The position numbers were made by a program, and so were the translations under genes. Of a DNA stretch of 64,000 bases, positions 37,004-49,234 are shown piece after piece. Under the pieces are notes generated by a model, which worked only from the letters and a program-made list of their open reading frames with translations, was not told where the DNA came from and did not search any database. The DNA lies in assembly GCA_030770535.1 (NCBI GenBank), contig JASVEC010000019.1, forward strand, positions 496,001-560,000. The letters run 5' to 3'. This DNA is from Batkoa obscura. Its lineage: Eukaryota. Numbering within the stretch: position 1 is the stretch's first letter; each line of letters begins with the position of its first letter.

Positions 37004-39343
37004 TTTGTATATAGTAATTTGTATCTAGTGTAATATAATTATATAGTATGATAAAACCACCACTATTTATACTTCTTGTTAATAGTATGTAATGATATTA
37101 TAAACGTTAAATGAGTTGATAACACGGATGTATTATTTTAAGGTTAATGGACCGGTTTGTTTATAACTTAAATGTATAGGTAACACATGGTGTATTATAA
37201 TATACTGTCGTTGGCTGAGTAAATGTCAGATTGTATTTATATCAAAATACTTTTGTTATTCTTAATTTAAACTTTTTACGATCATGCTTAATAATTTTCC
37301 AAAAAATTGGTTTGATTGTATTATTATACACCCTATTAACAAGTATTTTTAAAGCCTAGAGTCTACTTAATTTTTAAATATTTTATCGCGGATTTCTTAA
37401 CTAATAAAGAGAAAATTATAAACTTCTCAGAGTACTTTTTACTTACTATTTAAGCTTATGTCTTTATCGAAAAATATCATAGATGGTCATACCAAACAAT
37501 AAATCATTCAACTATCGATGGTTATTATTGGTCTATACGCTATATGAAATTAGTTTTATATTAGTTATTATTATTTTCAAGTTACCTTATGTTTTATAAG
37601 TTTATTCAACTTTTAATTTGATTTTATAAATTACTTTACTAGTATTTGAGTATTAGTGTGAAAAACTCTTAACATCAAATTTTAAAATATTAAAATTGAA
37701 TATACCAAATATAACTAATATACAGAGTTTAATGAGCAAATCTGGTTTTTAATAAAATTGATTCCCTTTGAAATTTAACTCAATTTAGAATTTAACATCT
37801 CTGTGCAAATTTGTCAAAAAATCTACTAAATTCAATAATCTACCCACAAAAAAACGGTATGATATATTGATATTTCCAAGCACATTATCACCATAGGAAA
37901 ATAGATGACTTACATTTTTAGAAGTAAAATCGTGTAGTATAAAATTTTATTTGTATTTATGATTTAAGTGGTAATTGATTGTTCATTTACTTTGGAAAAG
38001 TTAACATTTTCTAATCGATATTAAAAAATTAAAAGCGGTAGAACATGTTGATTAATAATACATACTTTCAAATTTGTATTTTCTCCCATAACAGTTATAT
38101 CAGTTACATACATGGGATTAATTTATCGCTTAATAAAGAAAAAGTGTAACTAAATAAAGACGGCTTTAAAGTTAACTATTATACAATTTCTAGATTACTT
38201 TTATACTGATTGATACCAATCATTATTATACTATTAATATGTTTATAAGAATTGTTTACTTTTAGGCCTTTAATTGATCTTAATTCATCTAGGAACTTTT
38301 TTGCTGATGTACAAAGATTCAAAAATATCATTATCTTATAAGCTCTATTTTTTTATTGATCAATTATTTGACTTTGATTACTTTGAATCATAATAAATGA
38401 AAATGAACTATTTTTAATGGGTAGTATTTTTTGAAATACTGAAAAGGGTGTAAATCCTAAATGTTTTATTAGTATTAGAAGTATAGAGATGATAAATTTA
38501 AGCTGATTTAAAAAAATAAAATGGTAATGTATATAAATCATCGATTAGTAACTTATTTTTACCTTGTAATATTTTATTTCTTATGAAACTTGATAGTGTT
38601 TAAGTAATAGTAAATACATATTAAAAAAGATGTAGAAAAACAAGATGGGTTGTATTGTATCTAAGACCATAGACTCATTTGAAATCTAGTTTGCTCTAAA
38701 CTTTTTAAACAAGTTGAAATTTTTTATGAGTTAAATCTAAAAGTAAGTGTTTAATTTTTAAATAGTAGAATGCTTCAACTGTGTGTTTTTTTGATCAAAA
38801 TTTTTTTATATTTTGCATGACTACCAGACATCTTGTAAATGGCTGTTAGAAACATGAACTACTTTTATTTCCTGCCAAATCATTTCTTTCCAATAAAAAA
38901 TATAAGCCAACTAATTTGTAATAAATAACCTCGGAAAAAAATGCAAATTAAAATCGGAAAACGAGTTGAGCCTTATGTTTAAGTATTATTAGACTTATCA
39001 CCTTTAGATTTTGGCTTTTAGTAGATTAAATATAGCAATATACTACATAAGATAGCTAATAAACTAAATCTAAAAATAGTTTTAATCAGCAAGGTATATA
39101 GTAGGTACAACAATACATTTTCTTCTTGAAGTCCGATGACCTTAGATATAATAATATTTAAAAGTTTCTAGAAACTTTCCTTTTATAGATTATCCATAGA
39201 TTATTTTTAAATTAGATTATACACATCGCTTCAACTTAAAATTATTATCAGTTTTGTAAATGGTTTGACAATGGCTGAATCATCAAAAACTATATAAGCA
39301 AAGAGTGCGCAGACATCCAAACTAAAAATTAAAAATAATAAAT

Positions 39344-40066
39344 ATGACTCAGAATAAAGAAACCCCAGATTATAGCAGCTTTACTTTAGAGCAAAAGGAC
39401 CAATTTAGTAGTACATGGTTCAAAATTCCCATGCCTGATAAAGAACTCAATGTGGTCGCAGTAATTGACAATGGTTTAGATACTTTTGATTTCTCTATTG
39501 CATGCACCATGCTATCTTTTATACCAAAATCACGTATTAAGACAATAGCTAAGACCAAAGAACCTATTAAAACTTTTGATGGTATTACTATAATCCCAGA
39601 TCATTCTTTTGATGAGGATATCGATATAGATATCCTTACTTTAGCTGCTGGCTCAGGTCCAAGTAAAGAACTAAGTGATTATTTAAATCGTGTTAGTGAT
39701 AAAGTAAATAAGTTCTTCTTCAGTGTTTGTCAAGGAAGCGAATGCTTAGCTGCAGCAGGTTTATTAGACAATAAAAAAGCTACTATCACTAAAGGACTCT
39801 TTAGTATTAGCGCTGCTAAATATCCAAATGTCCAATGGCAACGCCAAGCTAGATTTGTTCATGATGGTAAGTTCATAACTTCTTCAGGTGCTACTGCTGG
39901 ATTAGATGGGGTTTTCTATTTAATTAGCAAGGTTTACGATTTAGATACAGCTATGAAAATTTCTAAGTGCAATGAATATAACTGGGTACAGGATCCAAGT
40001 ATTGATAATTTTACTGATGTAGAAAAAGAATTCCCATTTCCTAACTTTAGTACTATTTCACAATAA
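39344..40066 (+). CDS. DJ-1/PfpI (class I glutamine amidotransferase-like) protein, isocyanide-hydratase-like subgroup
   Basis: GITIIPDHSF, SVCQGS nucleophile elbow, LAAAGLLDNKKAT, RFVHDGKFITSSGATAGLD, EYNW. Confidence 0.9.
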   Translation: MTQNKETPDYSSFTLEQKDQFSSTWFKIPMPDKELNVVAVIDNGLDTFDFSIACTMLSFIPKSRIKTIAKTKEPIKTFDGITIIPDHSFDEDIDIDILTLAAGSGPSKELSDYLNRVSDKVNKFFFSVCQGSECLAAAGLLDNKKATITKGLFSISAAKYPNVQWQRQARFVHDGKFITSSGATAGLDGVFYLISKVYDLDTAMKISKCNEYNWVQDPSIDNFTDVEKEFPFPNFSTISQ

Positions 40067-40394
40067 ACATTAAATCCACTCAATTGTTTTTTATATTGAA
40101 TGTTAAATCAGTTCAAATACTTTTAGAACGTATTGTAGTATTCCTGAAAATTTTTGAGCAAATTTATAAAACTTTAAATTCTAAAATGGTTCAAAATTAA
40201 TTTTGGACTTGCCCAATTAGTAACACTCGATAAAATGTTTTTTAGTATCTATATTAAATAAAAAATGGACAATTTCCAAAATCAAACATCTCCGCATCAA
40301 ATACTTTCATTTTTTTAAAAACCAAAAAAATTATTAGCTTATCGCATATGTAAATTAGGTACTATACTTTATTATGATATGAAAAAGTCATTAA

Positions 40395-41519
40395 TTAAAA
40401 TAAGAATAATACTCCCACGATAATCCCATATAGCAACATCATTTTGCTATGGTTTAGTTTAAGACCTGATGAACCTGTTTTTTCGCTTTTTAAGAAAGAT
40501 TTTAAACTTGGAAATTGGTTTTCGAGCATCCAAGTACCAGTGTTGAAAAAATGAAGATCCTCAGAGCTATTTTCGCTGATTAGAGATATAATGTTATTAT
40601 TATAATAAGCTAAACATCCATCAACGTTAATTTTAAACTTGTTTAACTTGATTTTGAATGTAAACGTTTTCAAATCTAATTCATAAACTACATTTGAGTC
40701 CACGGTTCCTTTTTCAATGAAATAAACCAAATTGTCAGCCGTTAAAAGTTTGAAATTTTGCTCCGAGTCTGGTATCTTCCCTTTCAATTTATGGGTAGTT
40801 CCACTTAAAGTATCAAGGTTGATCTCAGTTACTATATTGTTTTTAAACTTTGTTTCATTTAAATCGTAGCCACCCATTAAAAATAATTTCCCATTGAACA
40901 TAAAGGCTTCTGGACTTATAAAGTTGGGTACATTAATGGTTGCTTTAGTGGTTTTTCCGCTTAGCATATCAGTTATAATAATCGTAATTCCATCGATATT
41001 AAGTTTTTTGATTAAAGATAAATCATCTGTCGAGTACATTTGGAGATACACAAATTGATTCGCATTCATATCGCTTTGTATTACCTTCATATTGATGTTA
41101 CTAGTTTTATTTAGTTCGTTGGATCTACTTCCCTTTGAGGAACCTAAAATGGTAGAATCCTCTGATTTTAATTCCCATATTTTTTTCTCAAGATTAAAAT
41201 AAGATGTATCTAAAATGCCTTTATTTTTATAGAAGTTTATAATGGTCTTTTTATCTTTCAAATAATAAGAAACTGCATTATTCATGGCTGGTGCTAAAGT
41301 TGTAGTTTCTACTGTTCTCCATTTCATTCCTTTATCCTTTAAATTTAACTGGTAAATAACTGTTTTATTTTGAATTCCTTGATTGTTTTGAGCGAGTGAT
41401 TCTCCTTGCATATAATATAAAGCATCATCGACAACTAAGCAACTCTCTCCTTTAATTATTTGGATTAACCCTATAGCGCATAAGAAGGTATTTGTTATAA
41501 ACGAAGTAAATAAGTTCAT
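40395..41519 (-). CDS. Kelch/beta-propeller-like secreted protein with a C-terminal hydrophobic anchor (GPI signal or TM)
   Basis: 374 aa, signal peptide, CLVVDDALYYMQG, FNGKLFLMGGYD, VYELDLKTFTF; ends SSG...MMLLYGIIVGVLFLF. Confidence 0.8.
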   Translation of the reverse strand: MNLFTSFITNTFLCAIGLIQIIKGESCLVVDDALYYMQGESLAQNNQGIQNKTVIYQLNLKDKGMKWRTVETTTLAPAMNNAVSYYLKDKKTIINFYKNKGILDTSYFNLEKKIWELKSEDSTILGSSKGSRSNELNKTSNINMKVIQSDMNANQFVYLQMYSTDDLSLIKKLNIDGITIIITDMLSGKTTKATINVPNFISPEAFMFNGKLFLMGGYDLNETKFKNNIVTEINLDTLSGTTHKLKGKIPDSEQNFKLLTADNLVYFIEKGTVDSNVVYELDLKTFTFKIKLNKFKINVDGCLAYYNNNIISLISENSSEDLHFFNTGTWMLENQFPSLKSFLKSEKTGSSGLKLNHSKMMLLYGIIVGVLFLF

Positions 41520-43210
41520 TTTTAAACAAAGAGATTTTTTTTAGATAACAGCTTTTGAGTACACTCAAATTATAGAACATTTTTCTGCTTCAAAAATTAA
41601 AATTAATTGGTTAAATTGGGAATATTAGTTACCCCTCTAATAACATTTTATACCAGAAGTATGAAAATATATTTAAATTTTGCATACAAATTTATTAATC
41701 TATTTAATAAATTAATTAAAAGTCTTATTTATAAACTTTAATTATGTTAGTTATTGCCTTAAAGTTTGTAGTAAATAGGGTAGTTACGTTTATAAATAAT
41801 AAATAAAATCAGCTTTAAAGTGAAATATCCCAAAGTAAAGTAAAGGGAGTTACAAGAAAAAGGAGAGCTAGTTTGAGAAATTATGTTTCATATATTATTA
41901 TGTTGAGAGTATTAGTAGATAAATAGTCCATTATTCACTTCTATAATAAAATTTGCATCCCATGAGTTTAAAAGTTTGTTAATTTATTGAAAATTAACTT
42001 TTGTTATAATACACCATTATATGGCCATTCAAACAAATTTCTATCATTCATCATATTTATGAAATATTCTACAAACTTAGGAGTCCTAGATACAATTTCC
42101 AAATAAAGAAATACTCGAAAATGCTGGGTTTCTAAGTTCCATCACTTTTTTGGGCAAATTTACAAATATAATGGTATATAGCTGCAGCTAGTAGAAATTC
42201 GAACTTTCTGTTTATATGGTTAGTTTCGAAATAATATAACTTTTTGACTATAATCATATCAAAAGCAGTTGACTATAATATAAACATTTTTTACGTCTAA
42301 GGATGAAATGGTTTCTGTAAAAAATAAATAAATAACAACAATTCTATTAGGTATATTTTGTGTGATCAGGTTTTTCACTAGGTTTTAAAATATTTGAAAA
42401 TATAATTTTAACAAACAAGATGTATAATTTGCTATAATTCTAGGAGTGGTTTTCTTTGTTTGTTAGAGTTCTGTATTCTTTTTTGGAACTATTAATATAT
42501 ATAGGGCTGTATTTTGTGTTAAAAATTTTGCTAGCAATTTTTTCACTCAAATAGTGCTTAAGATAGAAAAAGTGATGGAATAAAAAAACATCCCTATATA
42601 TAAATGTATTTGCCCAAAAAGTTTGATTAAAAACCACCATACAACCAAAACACTCTTACTCTTCCAACTGATAACGACCACTGTTAATAAAAAAAATCTA
42701 AGTTCTATAAAGGCTTTGCTCAACTAAATTAGAAGCTGAAAATTAAATTAAAAACTTTTTAGCATTCTTTATTAGTCTTATAAAGATATGAGTTTACGAT
42801 ATAATAATACCATAAAAAAAATTATCGACCATTGAATGATTTTAATGTCTATAATATTTAGACATACATGGTCATTTTAGAAATAGCTAAAAAATATAAA
42901 GATATATTTTTTTGTTTAAGAATTTTACTGGTAGCTTTTCCACTCGAATCGTGCTTAAAAAATGGAAAAAGTGATGAGATAAAAAAACACCCTCATATAT
43001 TTTAGATCAGATTAACGTATTTTATTAAATGTTTGGTAAGGTAAGCTTTATTGAGAAGTTTGTATTATATAGGGATTGACTCTGTGTTTAACCGGCAGCT
43101 TGTATCCTTAATACCACAGGTATGAAAATAAAATTTGATAAAACTGATGTACTTCTAAACTATTCTATTTCCTCATGCTTTTGGTCTGGACTTGGATTTT
43201 AGAGCTAACA

Positions 43211-44116
43211 CTATATTTTACAAAATCTGCCTATTCTATAAGGGTCATCCAGTTCTTTCAATCCAAATATCTTGTCGTAGGCATTATTTAATTCTTTAGT
43301 TAATATTGAGTTAGTTAAAAGCAAAATGGAATTTAATAGGCCCTGTAACCCAATGAGAAAAACGCTACTGATCTTCAAAATTTTAAATATTGTGTTATCT
43401 ATCATTTTTTCAGACAACACAAAAAATACCAAAAATATCATCAAAGAGTGGGTTATAATTGGGAGTAGAGAGTAGCTAAGTAGCCTTGATAAAGCTGAGT
43501 GATTACTTTGCTTTTGGGCACTTGAACTCAAATTTGACTTTTTTCTCATTGTTTTTCTGACAAAAAAATTGGCTATTATAATATATATCACAGGTATCAC
43601 TATTATTGCAATAACCATTGAAATACTATTGCAAAAAGCTAACCATAAGTCTCCATCAAGGTCATCATAATATGAGCATTCATTATCCGTATCAATTTTC
43701 TTGAATATTATTGGTAATATGCAGGAAAGAATTGATAATATAAACGGTACTATATATATAATGTATTTTATCACCTTTCTAACTTTATATTCGTACACAA
43801 TATTTAAAAGATAAAGTATAGCTATTACTATCGAGTAATACACTGAAATTGAGAACCCAAAAGTATTGGCAGATTGAGAGAAATAACATAAATGTGAATT
43901 TGTATAGACTATTGGAAGGAGCTTTATTAGACCTCCAATATTGTAAAGCAAATCACCTGTAGCTATTAAAATAGAAATACGATATGTGATTGATTGATTG
44001 ATTTCTTTATTGACAATTGAAATACATATACATAATATAAGTGAAAACGATATGGCAGTAATTGATATTGTATTAGCGAAGCTGACAATGAAAGCTCCAT
44101 GAAAACCTAATTTCAT
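43211..44116 (-). CDS. 7TM GPCR-like receptor (paralog of 24636-25544)
   Basis: 301 aa; GDLLY, LCYF, NECSY, RLLSYSLLP, LQGLLNSILLLTNS. Confidence 0.85.
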   Translation of the reverse strand: MKLGFHGAFIVSFANTISITAISFSLILCICISIVNKEINQSITYRISILIATGDLLYNIGGLIKLLPIVYTNSHLCYFSQSANTFGFSISVYYSIVIAILYLLNIVYEYKVRKVIKYIIYIVPFILSILSCILPIIFKKIDTDNECSYYDDLDGDLWLAFCNSISMVIAIIVIPVIYIIIANFFVRKTMRKKSNLSSSAQKQSNHSALSRLLSYSLLPIITHSLMIFLVFFVLSEKMIDNTIFKILKISSVFLIGLQGLLNSILLLTNSILTKELNNAYDKIFGLKELDDPYRIGRFCKI

Positions 44117-46566
44117 TGTAGTAAAAAAAGGCTTAACTTTTAATTTTGTTTGTTTTTATAGCATGCCTTATAGAACCATTTAACATGCGCTTTTTTGGAT
44201 TTATTAGTTCTTATAACCATAATATAAAAGGTAATTTTATATGATACCTAAGTTATTTGATTAAATAAATGTTGATTTAAAAAATATATATTTTAATATC
44301 AACCTATCATGTGGGGCTTAATCAATAACTTCTTTTTGACTAGAGTGGAAACTCACAAATATAAACCAGAGATAGCCCCTGAATGCTGATTTTATGGCTT
44401 ATTAGAAGATAGTATTCAATATCGTTTCTTTGCCTATCCTGTCATTTCTTCAGTCTGGTATGGGTATTTACTTACTTGAAGCTATGGTTGTCATTTGCGC
44501 TGCTCTAATATTCAAGACATATTGTTGTCTCTCCCTCAACTAGATGAGAAGTTTATAGCTAGTTTCTGCTGCTCAATCATCTGGTTGTTTATAGGTACTA
44601 TGCTGAGCTTTCCTCTGCCACTTCTCATATCCAGTAGTCTGATTTTACTCTAATAAAAAAGGCTAAGACGTTCTCAAATATTTGCTCTACTATATTACCT
44701 TCTTTTGTTGAATAATTATACTTAAATGAACCACTTAGGAGTTCGCTCTTTCAGGAATATTAAAAAAGTATATCTTTATAGAAAGTAACTAAGACACATA
44801 TCTGAATAATAAAATAATAATAGTTGTTTCTAAACTGGCTGTGTTATATCGCTATTATTTAAATGCCATTATATTATTGATAATATAAAAACTACACTAA
44901 AGGGTTGGGTAAAAGACAAAAATAGAGAAATTACATATTTAGCTTAAGTTTGGTGCTGTTAATAGAATTTAATCTTTACTTTCAATTATCATTATTAAAA
45001 ATAAAATAAAATAATATATCAAATTTTAATTATGTTTCATTTCGCTTTGTATACAATTGCATAGCTTATTTTGGAGTAAACTTTTTTGAAAAGAGATGAA
45101 ACAACTGTAAATATTACCATTTATTTCTGATTTGTTTGAAAATTGCAACTCCTTTGACATTTAAAAACCACATTTTATTTAAACAGATAATACTTTATAT
45201 TGTATGAACTTGGATATGTAACAATATTATACCATCTGAATTACTATGAGTAGATGTACTCCGATTGTGGTTCGTTAATTATATCAATAGAGTAAAAGGA
45301 TAAAAAATAAAGGGGTATAATTCATAAAATTAGTTTAAATAGGTATAAACTAAGTACATTTTTAAAATACTAGAAAAAACTATTTATAAGGAGTTAAAGT
45401 ATAATAAACGTTTTACTACAGGTATGGGTTTGCATCATTCTATTTAAAAGTTGCCATAGTCGTTTTTATCTATATGAAATAAGACTTGAAGAATCTGTAT
45501 AACTTGCCCAATAACATATTTCATCTATATGTTTTGTTAAAGAAAGGCTTGAAGTATTTTTAAATGTTCTTTGTTGTTAGTGCCATGTCATTAGAGTTGC
45601 ATCAGTCATCTTAACTAAGTTCATTACTTTAAATGAAGCTTTATTCTTCATGACATCAGTCCTAAAGACCCAAGTTATTTATTGGTTTAAATAGGTTACA
45701 GCATTTTTACAATAAAAGCAAATATATTATACTAGTTTTTTGTGGTTAGCATTGTTGAGTTTAGTAAACTTCACAAATTTGTTCATAAGAGTCAAATTCT
45801 AAATCAAGTTAAATTTTAAAAGGATTCAATTTTATTGGAGATGTGATCTTATATCAGATCACATATTGATTATATTTGGTATATTTGTGTCTAATTTTTT
45901 GACTCCAATATCTATACCATTTACCAATTTTGCCGTTACTAGAGCTAAAAGTTGTTTAACTTTATAAAATAGATAGTGATGTCAAGCAATAATAAATAAT
46001 AAAATTAAACACTATATAACCAATAGTTTAAACCAGTAAGCTACTAGTAGCTGAATATTTTACAACACTAAATATTATTACATACTGTTTCTAGCAATAA
46101 CGCAAAGATTAGTAATCAATAAAAGGTAATACAAAACCGCTACTACTTTGTCTCTATAAGTCAATAAATATAGGATAGATACTTACGAAGTTGAATAAGT
46201 CTAGATTCCAAATATATTTATTGAAAGGGTGTATAAAATACGAAAAAGCAACTTTTTTTAGTCAGATAGTTATAAAATATAGATGTAAAATGTTTAAATT
46301 AAGGATAAGTAACAAAAACGCTATATTACAAATGTAAATCAAGTATGGTATTTGGTCAACGGCAACGTACAGTGTATAGCATGTGTCATCAATATAAATC
46401 AAGTTACAAACAAGTCATTTTTTAAAGTTTGAATTGATTCGCCCCTGGTAACAACCTACCAAGCATTTATAATACAATTATATTGTATTTTTTGAAAAGT
46501 ATAAATAGAGTAATTTTACCATTCTATAAAATTAAATTAGATTAGATACAAATTGTTATAAACGCA

Positions 46567-46692
46567 ATGCAGCTTACTTTTATCATCGTTTATACTGTTT
46601 ACATCATGTCCACAATCACTTCAGTCCCAGTCAACAACCAACCAGCTTCTAGTAATGCCTCTCATCTTGGAACTCACCCTCATTGGCCTTAG
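46567..46692 (+). CDS. HWP-family precursor 4: MQLTFIIVYTVYIMSTITSVPVNNQPASSNASHLGTHPHWP
   Basis: 41-aa ORF with TATAAATA upstream and the conserved upstream module. Confidence 0.88.
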   Translation: MQLTFIIVYTVYIMSTITSVPVNNQPASSNASHLGTHPHWP

Positions 46693-47637
46693 ATTTTAGA
46701 TTAAATATCAGACTATTATTAAAAGTTATTTCTTTATAAATAATTAAACATAATATTAATTTTTTTAAAGCATATTTTTATTCCAATCTCTATCTATTAT
46801 CAGTGATAGTACAAACGCTTCTTGCTTTATTAAAAAAATTGTAATATTTAATGTGATCTTATCTTTTTAAATTTATTTGATGTTTTCATATCATGGAGAA
46901 AATGATTAGATTGATTGGCTAATTTTCTTCATTTTACTTTTATAATGAACTATTAATCCTATGAAGTATATGTATTACAGAAGCCGAGTTACATACACTA
47001 TATCGATCATTTTGCTGGTATTGTTATTATTATTTGATTTATTTCTATTTCTATTTTTGACGCTTTGTTACTCATTTAAATCTTTCCTTTCTTTTAGGGT
47101 CGTAGATAGACTATTAAATACATCTTAAATCTATATGCTAGTTGATTGTATTATATAGCTATTATTTATTATGTCACTCGTCTAGAAAGTTTATTGATTT
47201 GATTGACAAAATGATAAATTTGGAGAACCCATTGTTGCTATTGATCTGCGGATCCTTTATAAGAGCTTTAAAATCGTTAAATACGATATCTTGAATTGAT
47301 AGCTCACGCTTTTTAATTCCTACCTTCTGCTATCTCAATGGGTATCATTCTGAAAGACAAAAGCAGAACAGATCTTATTTCACCATTTCTCTTTTTCAAA
47401 AAATATACAAATATAGATTCCAATTTCAACCTTTGTAGAATATATCTATTGATATATGCATCTTTTAAACTAATCATTTAAATTTTTTACTTTTTACTTT
47501 TTACTTTTAGAAATAAACTATTTGAAGTTTACACTTTTACATAAAAAAATTGACTATAAGGATTATACTTGCGAGTATGTTATATAATGGATATCAATAA
47601 ATAAGTAATTAATTCAATAAAACTTGCCAATAAATTA

Positions 47638-49234
47638 ATGCAATTTAATAACAATAATAATATGAACATTAAAAACCGATTACGATTTTACTTTTCATAT
47701 TTATTAACTATGATAATTCACCTGCTTTTTATTTTTTTATTATCATGTAAGGTTAACAAAATCTTACCACAAACTAGTGATGATGAATGCATAGTAATCG
47801 ATGGTGTATTGTATTATCTAGGCGGTATTATTGATAAAAAAGGTTCAGTGGATAAAAAAGTGCCTCTCAACAAAGAAGTGTTTAAATTAGATTTGAAGAA
47901 AGGTTCTAAATTAAGTATCAATATAGCCCCATGGGAAAGAAATAATACTATCAATTAATCAGAGCATATTTTAGCCTCATTTACTTCTTATATTGAAATT
48001 AAAGATAGTAAATTTATTATAAATTTTTGTAGTAGTATAAGCCATAGGTTGAGTTATTGCTATCATAATGTTTAGAAAAACCAATAGTAAAAGAATGAAT
48101 AGTCAAAAACTTAATTCGTAATATTGATTATAAAGATAAAAACACAACAGATTGTAAGCTACATCATAAAATTTCGCAAAGTGATAGCAATCAAAAGCGA
48201 TTTTATATAATCTCACATTTATACAGTTATAAATTATAGAGTATATTATCACTTCCACTATTGTTCTTTAACATTGATAAAAATAAAATTTATCATAGAA
48301 AATTCAAGGAGTAGATTTTATACAGATCCATTTATTTTAAATAACAGAATTTATTATTTTGAAGATAAAGTGAAAAAAATCAACCATAACGTTAATTATA
48401 TTATATTGTATGAGTTCAATATAAAAACAAAGTCAAAACCTACAATTCAAAAAACATCCTAGATGTATTAGCTTATGAAACTATTCTAAAATTGGGTGAG
48501 TTGGTATACTTCATGACATGTGATAGAAATATGGAGGACTATAACATATCTCGAGATGTTTCAGAATTAATATAAAAACATCTAAAATTACTATTATAAA
48601 AAAGGTTTTAATTTTAGAAATTAGAAATGTTTTTCTAACTCTATTAAATACATAATTAATTCTTTTGGCAAAAAATCTATTAGCTATGTTTATTCTGAAT
48701 ATAAATTTAATGTAGAAAGTCCAGATGGAACTCAAGTATTGGATATTGCTAAATGGGATGAAGTTAAAGGTACACCATTAACCCAAGGGATTAATGCAAA
48801 TATTGATATTGGCACTAACAATAATAAGAATAATAAAACGTATATATTACTACAAATATAAATGATAGAAACGATAAAGCATTAACAAGTGGGTGTCATA
48901 AGAGGACTAAATGAACTTATATTAATGACAAGAGCCGTGCTATATACATTTTATAAATTTAAACTAAAAAAAGAGGCCCCTAAGTATCACAATTGGGCCT
49001 ATTTTATTAAATCAGAGGACCCATCATTTGGCGTTAAAGACATGGTAATGTTTTTTCCGCTTTAATTTTTCCATTTGTAAGAGTTATTTGAGTGGAAAGG
49101 TTATTAGTAGAGTTCTTGAACAAAAAATATATCCCTCTACATGGATGATTTGAATTTGTTTAAACATTTTTATGGAATTGAAAATAGCATCACAAAAATT
49201 ATAGGATTGATTATAAAAATAGCTAGAATACTAT
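47638..49234 (+). pseudogene. Kelch-like single-pass membrane protein pseudogene
   Basis: LPQTSDDECIVIDGVLYYLGG matches LPRLQDEGCIVVQDKVYYLGG at 13.6 kb; FILNNRIYYF; eroded TM followed by YKFKLKK; multiple stops and a MITE at 49044-49138. 3' end approximate. Confidence 0.75.

Noticed and set aside
4702..42640. Short ORFs with similar LSAI..ENLLVKFLNTKIHPH or FFKHYL text (4803, 11683, 16498, 16913, 17944, 21896, 29453, 42440) that look like a protein family
   Set aside because: They are translations through MITE copies, with inconsistent frames and starts.
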